A stretch of DNA of 64,000 bases. It comes from Saprospiraceae bacterium. Lineage in GTDB: Bacteria > Bacteroidota > Bacteroidia > Chitinophagales > Saprospiraceae. Below, one piece after another: positions 53,201-61,086 of the stretch. The translations under genes and the position numbers were made by a program. Within the stretch, counting starts at the first letter, position 1; each line of letters starts with the position of its first letter. The notes below the pieces were generated by a model. It was given only the letters and a program-made list of their open reading frames with translations. It was not told the DNA's origin and made no database searches. The DNA lies in contig JBILHQ010000001.1 of the NCBI GenBank assembly GCA_044350415.1, positions 22,257 to 86,256 on the forward strand. The letters run 5' to 3'.

Positions 53201-55657
53201 CGGGGTTTGAACACTGTTGGTAGCAGTATTCAGCGTAATGACCGATTGCGCAAAGGAAGGGCTGGTGGAAATTTCCACCATATAGTTATCTGCGTATTGC
53301 ACCTGATGCCAGCTTAAGGTGGCATTAACAGCAACACCTGTACTGGCATTTGCCGGGCTCACACCGCTAGCAAATGCCGTTGGGATACCTGGAAGGACAG
53401 ACAATAATAAGGTTTGCGTACGGGTGATGGTACCGGAGACACCTGTTACGGTGAGGGTGTAACTGCCCGCCATCGCTGGAGTCAGTCCACTTACAGTTAC
53501 CTCAACCGGACCGGTTGGTGTGATTTGATTCGGCGTAACCGTTACTTGTGCTCCTGCAGGTGCACCAGCAACAGAAAGATCCACTGGTAATGCAAAGCCT
53601 GTTAATGCGATAGTTTTTAAATTAAAAACGGCATTATTACCTGCACAAACTTCCGCGGTATTGGTGGTGGCCGAAAGTAAAAACGTGGGTACCAATGACC
53701 CCTGAATAGTAAAATTGATATTGGATATATCAAAAAACACATTGCCTACACCCTCCACTTTTACCCGACAGGTAGTGGAGGTCACATCATAAGGCACCGT
53801 GATTAACGCGGAACCGTTATTCGGGACACTTTCCGCCAAAACGGTTGGGTAAGTATATCCACCATCGGAGGATAATGTAATTTTGACATTGGAACAGTTC
53901 ACTGGTGGCAGGTCCGTACCAGTCACATTCCAGGTGACCAATTTTTCTTCCAGCGCATACCAGGTAACGTTAGTATTCGGCACAGTCACTACAAATGGTC
54001 CGGCAGTGCCAGCAACGGTAAGCGTTACATTGTCTTCTTTGGTACAGCCCGCACCAGCGTGATTATCGCGCACCACCACCCGAAAGTTCATGGAACGTGC
54101 CACACCGGGGAGTTCTTCCCATTGACTATTGGTATTAGATATCAAATCGGGAAGGCGCGGAAAATAGCGTGTTGGAGAGGTTGCGGGGTCATAAGACCGG
54201 AAAAGAGGGCCGCCGATACTCGTCGAAACGGGTGGCATAGTAGCCGACTGGTTGTCCATTTGCTCCCAGCAATAAGTCAATACATCACCATCAATATCAC
54301 TACCAGAAGCCGTGAGGGCGAAAGGCGTGGATTTAGGTATGGTATAATTGGGCACATTCCCAACAGTCGGCGCGGTATTTCCAGTTACGGTTTTCACCGG
54401 GCACCCATTGCCTGTACCAGTATTGGTAAAGGCTGAAATTTCCTGGATATTAATCGCATGAAAATAATCATCGCTGTTGCTTTGCACATCGGGCGGACAA
54501 ATACCTGCATATCCCATAATAGTCGAACCTGAACCGGGCTCCATGGCGGTAGAACTATTGATATTGCCGCCACAGGAATTATTAAAACAGTGATTTCCAC
54601 CAAATTGGTGGCCCATTTCGTGTGCAACGTAATCAATATCAAAAGCATCGCCAATTGGAGCACCGCTGCCCGTAACGCCATTAGCTTTGCTGGTATTATT
54701 ACATACCACACCTAAGCCCGCAATACCACCTCCACCAGTACTGAATACGTGGCCGATATCATAATTGGCCGCACCAATTCGCTGCGTTACTGTAGTCTGA
54801 TTTTGACCGAGCATCGTACCCCCATTATTGTTGGTATATGGATCGGTAGTCGCATTCAGAAAAATCAGGGTGTCGGTATTAGCAATTAATTGCATGGTAA
54901 CAGCGAGGTCTTTTTCATAAACGCCATTTACACGATTCATAGATGAATTGTAAGCAGCCAATACCAACGGTTTGGTATTGCCGTGGAAGGCTGCATATTC
55001 ACCCGTACAAGCCAGGGCAAGCCGGTATTTTCGCAGTTTACAATCGCCCGCTTCAGGCTCATCCTTGTACAAAGAAGGTGTTTCCTGCGTTATTTCTTCC
55101 CAATTATCTGACGCTTCTGAAGTGGTCAGACACGCATAATTTTCATTTTTCCTGCGTTGATAGTCTTTTTTGAAGTAGACGATGCCGATACCTGCATCAC
55201 CATGAAAATAGGGGTCAATAAAGAAAGAACCTGCACTTGGGGAAAACGTCATGGCATGAAATCCCCAGGGTGTAAGATCGCATTTGATAATGGCCTGTGG
55301 ATCGTCGATTCCCCGGCCGGTATAACACCGGATTTCGGGGTAACGCGCCTGAAGGTCGGGGTGCATGACGGAGGATTCCCATATTTCAAAACGAGCCGTC
55401 TTTCCGTCAGGTAATGGTAGGGTAATTTGTGTAGTGCTGTTTTCCTGCTCAGCCGTGGCCAGTAAAGTGCGGAGAACAGGTAAATTAAGACTTACCGTAC
55501 GGTACTTTGTTGGTTTAATATATCGCTCAAATCCGGAAGCAGCGTTCAGCGATCGTTCAGAAATATCTGACCAAAAAGCAGGCGAGTGTTGTTGCCCTTG
55601 GAGCAGGTGGATAGTGCTAAGTAGCAATATCAGTTGAAAAAGGAAACTTTTTACCAT
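50264..55657 (-). CDS. T9SS-secreted metzincin (reprolysin/M12B-like) zinc metalloprotease with proprotein-convertase P-domain and SprB repeats
   Basis: Signal peptide and the zinc motif HEMGHQFGGNH (HExxHxxGxxH). The P-domain-like block is DVDISINILHTYIGDLDASLIGPDNDTMRLF...GVWTLLVNDNY...SWSLNFC. It has about 10 SprB-type repeats and the sorting domain LSPNPGYGLFQLEI...GVYFLRLTH. Confidence 0.85.
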   Translation of the reverse strand: MVKSFLFQLILLLSTIHLLQGQQHSPAFWSDISERSLNAASGFERYIKPTKYRTVSLNLPVLRTLLATAEQENSTTQITLPLPDGKTARFEIWESSVMHPDLQARYPEIRCYTGRGIDDPQAIIKCDLTPWGFHAMTFSPSAGSFFIDPYFHGDAGIGIVYFKKDYQRRKNENYACLTTSEASDNWEEITQETPSLYKDEPEAGDCKLRKYRLALACTGEYAAFHGNTKPLVLAAYNSSMNRVNGVYEKDLAVTMQLIANTDTLIFLNATTDPYTNNNGGTMLGQNQTTVTQRIGAANYDIGHVFSTGGGGIAGLGVVCNNTSKANGVTGSGAPIGDAFDIDYVAHEMGHQFGGNHCFNNSCGGNINSSTAMEPGSGSTIMGYAGICPPDVQSNSDDYFHAINIQEISAFTNTGTGNGCPVKTVTGNTAPTVGNVPNYTIPKSTPFALTASGSDIDGDVLTYCWEQMDNQSATMPPVSTSIGGPLFRSYDPATSPTRYFPRLPDLISNTNSQWEELPGVARSMNFRVVVRDNHAGAGCTKEDNVTLTVAGTAGPFVVTVPNTNVTWYALEEKLVTWNVTGTDLPPVNCSNVKITLSSDGGYTYPTVLAESVPNNGSALITVPYDVTSTTCRVKVEGVGNVFFDISNINFTIQGSLVPTFLLSATTNTAEVCAGNNAVFNLKTIALTGFALPVDLSVAGAPAGAQVTVTPNQITPTGPVEVTVSGLTPAMAGSYTLTVTGVSGTITRTQTLLLSVLPGIPTAFASGVSPANASTGVAVNATLSWHQVQYADNYMVEISTSPSFAQSVITLNTATNSVQTPLLALATPYYWRVKGANQCGAGGFNNFNAFQTGAEQCNQMYASTNIPVLIDAVGGSANVSSVLNVPVSKFIQDVDISINILHTYIGDLDASLIGPDNDTMRLFDRPGAPAAEFGCSNDNIVATFNDAAVATADGFENICNSTPPAISGIFKSLGLLSSFNGKNAQGVWTLLVNDNYPGEDEGQITSWSLNFCFSGNIPVAQMVTNSPLTVASNATGTVTSTLLAAAVSGTPGQGVFTLTALPANGILQLNGITMGVGSTFTQDNINTGLVTYTHNGNTAVADQFNFDVLDQNNNGWLNSQIFQIIILQNTLNATVAVTSTISCNSGNNGTITVTTAGGTAPLNYSITGGVSQLSNVFENLSGGTYTIVVTDALGFTQNAGSLTLTAPAAIAVSTAVTFDDLEVAASGGTGVFEYSIDGSNFQSTGTFADLNDGIYTVTVRDANGCTSTTQVAVSVSTLLATAVQTAGIDCFGQQTGAVTASGVGGFPPYEYSLNGIDFQSANTFGGLTAGTYTVVIRDGNGTTTTTSGVTINQPAAVAGSAAVVLNVITVTATGGTGTYTYAINGAVQGTNVFTVLANGNYTINITDAKGCTTTVIATVDVPALTITDVVSGNVSPCNGVIGTATVVVVGGVPPYQYRLDGGILQSSMSFLNVLPGNHTFEVLDAMNMTVMTSIIVTQPTPVSATANVLGNGVTVAGVGGTAPYSYALGGGAAQMSGVFNALANGAYTVVVADVNGCSTTVSFTINYAPPTIITTLTNVSCFGGSDGSVAFTVSGGVAPYSFVQSPAGPWQNIPAGTYNVTVTDAIGTTKVTTALITEPPTAVAATVEVSFPQTVTVNAVGGTPPYQYSINNGANYQNGKIFTNVTFGSYTVVVKDSKGCTFSIPVIVSGIVEPTSEWGVRLSPNPGYGLFQLEIGAAPTGTMHAEIHDATGRLLRTLLLECNGNAFQTTIDLTDVPAGVYFLRLTHGNDTGVMRLSKM

Positions 55658-55935
55658 AATTAAATATGCCGTAAGAGGTGTGGATTACAAAAAATAATGG
55701 AATGAAGGCATTAATACGCTGCTAAGGTAGTTGGTGTTTTAGAATCCTCAATTATCCTGCAGCAAATTAGATAAAAATGATCATTTCTTCTTTCAATGAC
55801 CATTTGATGATATTTTTTAAAAATTTTTTTAAAAATTTTGCAAAATCTTCCAAAAATACAATATATTTACACTAATAATCCTTATTTACAAAATACAAAT
55901 AATTAAATTCACTGCAAACACCAATAATTATCGCT

Positions 55936-56370
55936 ATGCTAACAGTTAAAAAAATGCTCGCCAACAAGCCCATGAATAAAGTCTGGGCAATGCGCCCCGA
56001 CCAGACAGTAATTGAAGCACTTGAATTAATGGCCGAAAAAAATATAGGTGCCATAATGATTCTGGAACACGAACGATTGGTTGGCATCTTTTCTGAACGC
56101 GACTATGCACGCCGGGGTATTCTCAAAGGCCGAAAAGCAAAAAGTACACCACTGATTGAAGTAATGACACCAGGGGTGTTTACGGTGACACCCGATCAGA
56201 CTATTACCGACTGTATGGAACTCATGTCGGAAAAACATATTCGCCACTTGCCAGTGCTCCAGAACGGAACTGTTCTGGGGCTTTTGAGTATCGGCGACAT
56301 CGTTACTGCGATCATTCAGGAACAGGAAGGCAGGATTCAAAGCCTGGAGCAATATATTACGGGGTATTGA
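55936..56370 (+). CDS. CBS domain pair protein
   Basis: Two CBS motifs (..IGAIMILEHERLVGIFSERD.. and ..IRHLPVLQNGTVLGLLSIGD..) in 144 aa. Confidence 0.85.
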   Translation: MLTVKKMLANKPMNKVWAMRPDQTVIEALELMAEKNIGAIMILEHERLVGIFSERDYARRGILKGRKAKSTPLIEVMTPGVFTVTPDQTITDCMELMSEKHIRHLPVLQNGTVLGLLSIGDIVTAIIQEQEGRIQSLEQYITGY

Positions 56371-56476
56371 CAGGTGTAAGAAGTGAGGGTACTCGGCTAT
56401 GAAAAGTTTTTTTTACATTTGCATTTTATGTACCTGTACTTATAACCACCCCCCACTTCTCACTGCAATTAATACT

Positions 56477-57358
56477 ATGACGCTTGACCCACAAACAATC
56501 AGCACGCCTCAATTACAGGGATATTTACAATCGGCAGTAGCACCTCGTCCTATTGCTTTTGCTAGTACTGTTGACCAAAACGGCAATATTAACCTGAGTC
56601 CTTTTAGCTTTTTTAATGTATTTAGTGCCAATCCACCGATACTGATTTTTTCACCGGCACGGCGCGTAACGAATAATACCACCAAACACACCCTGGAAAA
56701 TATACTTGCGGTGCCCGAAGTGGTCATTAATATTGTCAACTACCCGATGGTGGAGCAAACTTCATTGGCCAGCACAGAATATGAAAAAGGCATTGATGAA
56801 TTTGTAAAAGCGGGATTTACGGCACTTCCTTCTGAAAGAATAAAACCGCCACGGGTGGCGGAGTCACCCGTGGCTTTTGAATGTGTTGTAGAACAGGTCA
56901 TTCCGCTGGGCACAGCAGGCGGCGCGGGTAATTTGGTGATGGCCAGAGTAGTACTTATCCATATTCGCGAAGAATACCTTAATCCTGCCGGCCAATTAGA
57001 TACCACTAAACTTGATCTGGTGGCCCGTATGGGTGCTAATTGGTACTGTCGTGCCAGTGGAGATGCCCTTTTTGAAATCCCCAAACCGTTGACGACCAGA
57101 GGCATCGGTGTTGACCAACTACCGCTTCACGTTCGAAACAGTACTCTTCTAACAGGCAATAACCTTGGCCGTTTGGGCAACATGGAAGACCTGCCCGACG
57201 AAACAGGCCTGGCAGCAACGCGAGACATGATGGAAGTAACCGCTGCCTTACAATTACCTGAAAAGGAAAAGATTATTGCGCTTCACCGGATTGCCCAACA
57301 ATTGTTGGAAAAAGGGGAAACAGCAATGGCACTGGCCGTTTTGTGGTTAGTCCATTAG
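56477..57358 (+). CDS. flavin reductase family protein
   Basis: It has PRPIAFASTVDQNGNINLSPFSFFNVFSANPPILIFSPARR and PPRVAESPVAFEC. The track ORF starts at 56399, but the family N-terminus fits MTLDPQTIS at 56477. Confidence 0.8.
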   Translation: MTLDPQTISTPQLQGYLQSAVAPRPIAFASTVDQNGNINLSPFSFFNVFSANPPILIFSPARRVTNNTTKHTLENILAVPEVVINIVNYPMVEQTSLASTEYEKGIDEFVKAGFTALPSERIKPPRVAESPVAFECVVEQVIPLGTAGGAGNLVMARVVLIHIREEYLNPAGQLDTTKLDLVARMGANWYCRASGDALFEIPKPLTTRGIGVDQLPLHVRNSTLLTGNNLGRLGNMEDLPDETGLAATRDMMEVTAALQLPEKEKIIALHRIAQQLLEKGETAMALAVLWLVH

Positions 57359-57888
57359 TCCTTAGAACTATCGCCAACAAAAAAATCTTCTTTATTTTTG
57401 AACAGCACATTAAAGGTGGTCATGCTGCCGTAACAACGGGTAATGTACTGTTGAAGATTTACCTTTTCCTCGTCGGTGAGTACTTTATGGGCATTAATCT
57501 GTTGTTCGAGCACCCGCATGCGGTCGCGCATCATCACAATTTTGTGGAAAAAAATTTCGATAGGGACCTCTTTAGGCTGCAACCCGGCATCATTGGCGTG
57601 CATGACTAACTTCCCTTTATTCCACCGATCGCCCAGTGGGGTGAGCTCGGGATTGAAACCCGACCAGGCCCGGAGAATGCGTGTCAGGCCTTTTTCAGCT
57701 TCCGTAAAAGTCACTGCTTCTTCGGCAGGAAGCGCTTCCACTACCTGCCAATTGTTATAGTCTTTAGGCACCATTTTTATCCCAAATTGCATAAAACAAA
57801 CTTCATAAGCCGCAACATGCAGACGAATAACTGCACCATCGCCATACGCGGGGTGCTTCACACGGGATCCGATTCCGAGTAGTTCCAT
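57355..57888 (-). CDS. hypothetical protein
   Basis: A 177-aa ORF with a plausible ATG and compact spacing after the upstream gene. No motif was recognised. Its 3' end overlaps the convergent flavin reductase gene by 4 nt. Confidence 0.5.
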   Translation of the reverse strand: MELLGIGSRVKHPAYGDGAVIRLHVAAYEVCFMQFGIKMVPKDYNNWQVVEALPAEEAVTFTEAEKGLTRILRAWSGFNPELTPLGDRWNKGKLVMHANDAGLQPKEVPIEIFFHKIVMMRDRMRVLEQQINAHKVLTDEEKVNLQQYITRCYGSMTTFNVLFKNKEDFFVGDSSKD

Positions 57889-57902
57889 ATTTTATAATTT
57901 GC

Positions 57903-57937
57903 TAGTGGTCTGGCAACTTAGACTTGACAGACCACTA
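57903..57937 (-). other. perfect 10-bp hairpin spanning the stop codon of the TPR membrane protein gene
   Basis: TAGTGGTCTG (57903-12) pairs with CAGACCACTA (57928-37) across a 15-nt loop. There is no U-tract, so it is not a canonical terminator. Confidence 0.4.
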
Positions 57938-59977
57938 ATTTTGAACAGGCGCTGGGGTAAGTGGCGGTGCCGACAGTTTTTGATTGATCATTGGCTCCAT
58001 TTTGGGATCGGCTGCTTTGGCTTTATCAAACCAGGGGCGCGCCGAATTGGGATCGCCCATATCACAATAAGCCGAACCTATATAAAAATTCAGGGTAGCA
58101 TTATTGGGTTCAATTTTCAAACCTTCTTTCCACTGCTCTATCGCAGGCGGAAACTGTCTTTTCATAGCTAATACTGCGCCCAGATTACGCCTTGCGTCCA
58201 CAAAACGGGGGTCGAATTTGATAGACCGGCGGTATACATTCTCCGCAGAATCCAATTCGGCAATGGCCAATTGATTGCCTGGTCGTTGCGCGCGCAGGAA
58301 ATAAATAAAGCCCATATTCGACAATACTTTGGCATCATTGGGCCGGTGCTTGAGGGCTATTTGGTAATCTGAATAGGCCTTATCGTATTGTTGGAGGCGA
58401 AAATAAGCCAATCCACGGCTGCCATACGCATCGTGGTACTCCGGATAGAGTTCGATGGTGCGATTATATGCCAGAATAGCATCTTCCACCATTTTCCTGT
58501 CGGTGATATTGCCTGTTTTTTCATCAATACCATGGTTATTGATTTCCAGGGACCGGTGGTAATTGAGTTTCGCACAATTGGGCGAAGTGATGATATCGGC
58601 CTGGTACAGCGAATAACTATCTTTCCAGGCAGTATTACGGGTGACGGTTTTAAAAGCAAATGACACCAAAATGACACCTGCGACACCCCAAAGGGTGGAG
58701 TTATTAAAGGTCATCTCCCGGGATTTATCCAAATTACCGAAAAAGCGGTGTAAAATCCAGGACAAAGCAAATGCAAACCCGAGAGAAGGGCCGTACAACA
58801 AACGCTCGCCATAAGAGGTACCAATGAGCAACAGCACATTACTAAACAAGGAAAAAGTGATGAGGTAAAACAAAATAGCAAATGACAAAAAGTGCTTTTT
58901 GCCCAAATTCATCAAGGCCCAAATGCCCATTCCTAAATAAACCAAAAGGCCGACTCCCGCCCTCCAATCACTAAAAGTTACCGGTTTCATTTGTGGATAC
59001 CCCATATCACTCACCAATGGATGTGGGAAAATCAATACCTTGAGGTACTGCAAACACATCGTCATGGCAGAGGCAAAACGGCCGGCACTGTCACTGGCAC
59101 CAACTATAAAATTGTCGAGAATAGAATACGTTTCTTTGTAGTTTTGAGAACTCAGCACTTTGTACCTGATTCCCAAAAATACAAGAAACGGAATAAGAAA
59201 AATGGCTGCAATACGCAACGTTTCTTCACCAGATCGTTTGCCAAAAAACCAAATCGTCAATGGAAAGAGTGCCAGAGAAGTAATACCCGTTTCTTTGGCA
59301 AACATGGAGATACCATATACGACGGCCGCCCATACCAGCCACTTATTTTGGTTCGTATCGAAATACCGCCAGATAAGATTCAATGCCCCGATAGTACCCA
59401 GTAAGGAAACCATTTCGTCCCGACTTTTTATATTAGCCACTACCTCGCAATGCACGGGATGGGACATAAAAATTAATACCGCTAAGGCCGTCAGCGTCCA
59501 GGGATAATCAGCCAGAATACGGCGCCAGGTAATCCAAAGCAAACAACCAGTAAATCCATAAAACAGGATATTCATCAGGTGGCCCACCCAGGGTGCGCCA
59601 TTGCCGATCATCCACTCAATGGAAAACATCGCCAGGGTAAGCGGGCGGTACAGCGAACCCGGACTGGCCCATGAACCGTAGCGGTACTCGGTAGTCCAAA
59701 GCGTGCCCCAATGCTGAAAACCCGCTTTCACAATCCAGTTTTCTTTCATGGCGCCGAAATCGTCCAGGGTATAATCATGCCCTATCGTATTGGCAAATAA
59801 TACACAGCCGACAGCCGCTGCGAGCAGCCCAAACCATTGTGGTCCAGAAAGTACCGCCGACCCGGTATTTGAAACGGTTTTACCAGATTGATTATCAGGC
59901 CGTATTGTGGGCCTGGGGGTATTTTTAGGGGACTTATCGGGTCGTTGTTGCTTTTTTGCCATAAATACTATTTTCAA
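57935..59977 (-). CDS. polytopic membrane protein with C-terminal TPR repeats (TMTC/PMT-type glycosyltransferase-like)
   Basis: About 10-11 TM helices are followed by several TPR units (AILAYNRTIELYPEYHDAYGSRGLAYFRLQQYDKAYSDYQIALKHRPNDA...). Confidence 0.7.
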   Translation of the reverse strand: MKIVFMAKKQQRPDKSPKNTPRPTIRPDNQSGKTVSNTGSAVLSGPQWFGLLAAAVGCVLFANTIGHDYTLDDFGAMKENWIVKAGFQHWGTLWTTEYRYGSWASPGSLYRPLTLAMFSIEWMIGNGAPWVGHLMNILFYGFTGCLLWITWRRILADYPWTLTALAVLIFMSHPVHCEVVANIKSRDEMVSLLGTIGALNLIWRYFDTNQNKWLVWAAVVYGISMFAKETGITSLALFPLTIWFFGKRSGEETLRIAAIFLIPFLVFLGIRYKVLSSQNYKETYSILDNFIVGASDSAGRFASAMTMCLQYLKVLIFPHPLVSDMGYPQMKPVTFSDWRAGVGLLVYLGMGIWALMNLGKKHFLSFAILFYLITFSLFSNVLLLIGTSYGERLLYGPSLGFAFALSWILHRFFGNLDKSREMTFNNSTLWGVAGVILVSFAFKTVTRNTAWKDSYSLYQADIITSPNCAKLNYHRSLEINNHGIDEKTGNITDRKMVEDAILAYNRTIELYPEYHDAYGSRGLAYFRLQQYDKAYSDYQIALKHRPNDAKVLSNMGFIYFLRAQRPGNQLAIAELDSAENVYRRSIKFDPRFVDARRNLGAVLAMKRQFPPAIEQWKEGLKIEPNNATLNFYIGSAYCDMGDPNSARPWFDKAKAADPKMEPMINQKLSAPPLTPAPVQN

Positions 59978-60045
59978 AACAAGTTTGAGAAGGGGCGAAA
60001 GTACTAAAAAAAGATATTTTCATGGTCAAATCCTTCCGCTATCCA

Positions 60046-61056
60046 CTATTTTCTCTTTCCAGCTGCCTTTACTTTCCATCCCAGCCATCGTTCCACAAAA
60101 AGCGCCAAAATGGCGGGCAACAAAAACCATTGATAGGCCGAACTTTTTTCTTCGAATGATCGAACGGCGATATCCCGTTTTTCCAGGGCATTAATCTGGT
60201 CTGCCAATCGTTGGGCCAGATCGCCCGTTTCTGTGAGTAAAAAAGGAGGAGCGCCGTGGCCCGCTTCGGCTATTTCGGTCAACATTTCCATACCCATTTT
60301 GGAAGTCACCGGTTGATCATCCCTATCTTTGAGTACTCCGCCGCCCGACAATGGAATTTGCCCTCCCGCTTCCGTTCCGGCGCCTACAATAAAAGTGACA
60401 ATTCCCTCTTCATCATAAGCATTTTCAACTGCGGCACGGGGGCTTTCTTCATGGTCTTCTCCATCGGTGATAATGACGAGCGCACGGCCTGCCCCCGGCG
60501 TGGGATCAAATGACTTTCGGGCCAGTTCCACTACCGAGTTAATAGCCGTACCCTGGGCTGAATATGATTCCGGATCCGCTTCTGCCAGCAGACTGTTGAC
60601 GGTTTGGTAGTCGGTGGAAAGCGGCATTGACAGATAGGCTTCACCAGCAAAAAACAGCAGCCCAACCCTGTTGCCACTAATTTTTCGAATCAATTCCTGC
60701 GCAAACAACCGTGCCCGCAGCAACCTGCCTGGCCTGATATCAGTGGCCAACATACTTTTGGAAATATCCAGGGCAATCATAACATCGGCGGCTTTTTGCG
60801 TCTGACTGCGGGTTCTGGCTCCCCAACGCGGATTAGCCATCGCTATACTCAGGAGGATTAAGGCCGTTGCTAATAATCCGTTTTTTATCCAAAACCTCCG
60901 GGTCGTGAAGCCTGCTATTAATTGGTCTGATTTAGGGCCGAGCGCAGCAAGTGCTTTGCTACGCCAGCGCAGGTAAGTGCGCAGCAGCAGGAAAAACACG
61001 GGAACCACCCATAAAATGTGGAGCCATTCGGGCCGGGCAAAAAGAGAACGTAACAT
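60046..61056 (-). CDS. VWA domain-containing membrane protein (BatA/BatB-like)
   Basis: Two N-terminal TM helices, the MIDAS motif ALDISKSM (DxSxS), and a C-terminal TM helix. Confidence 0.85.
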   Translation of the reverse strand: MLRSLFARPEWLHILWVVPVFFLLLRTYLRWRSKALAALGPKSDQLIAGFTTRRFWIKNGLLATALILLSIAMANPRWGARTRSQTQKAADVMIALDISKSMLATDIRPGRLLRARLFAQELIRKISGNRVGLLFFAGEAYLSMPLSTDYQTVNSLLAEADPESYSAQGTAINSVVELARKSFDPTPGAGRALVIITDGEDHEESPRAAVENAYDEEGIVTFIVGAGTEAGGQIPLSGGGVLKDRDDQPVTSKMGMEMLTEIAEAGHGAPPFLLTETGDLAQRLADQINALEKRDIAVRSFEEKSSAYQWFLLPAILALFVERWLGWKVKAAGKRK

Positions 61057-61086
61057 AGTGCAAAGATAGGAAAATCTGCTCCATTC

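Noticed and set aside
55658-55935. An A/T-rich divergent intergenic region with TTTTTTAAAAATTTTTTTAAAAATTTTG repeats, containing a 32-codon ORF (MIISSFNDHLMIFFKNFF...).
   Set aside because: The peptide is low-complexity sequence typical of A/T-rich DNA. There is no GG-leader or signal feature, so this is most simply a divergent promoter region.
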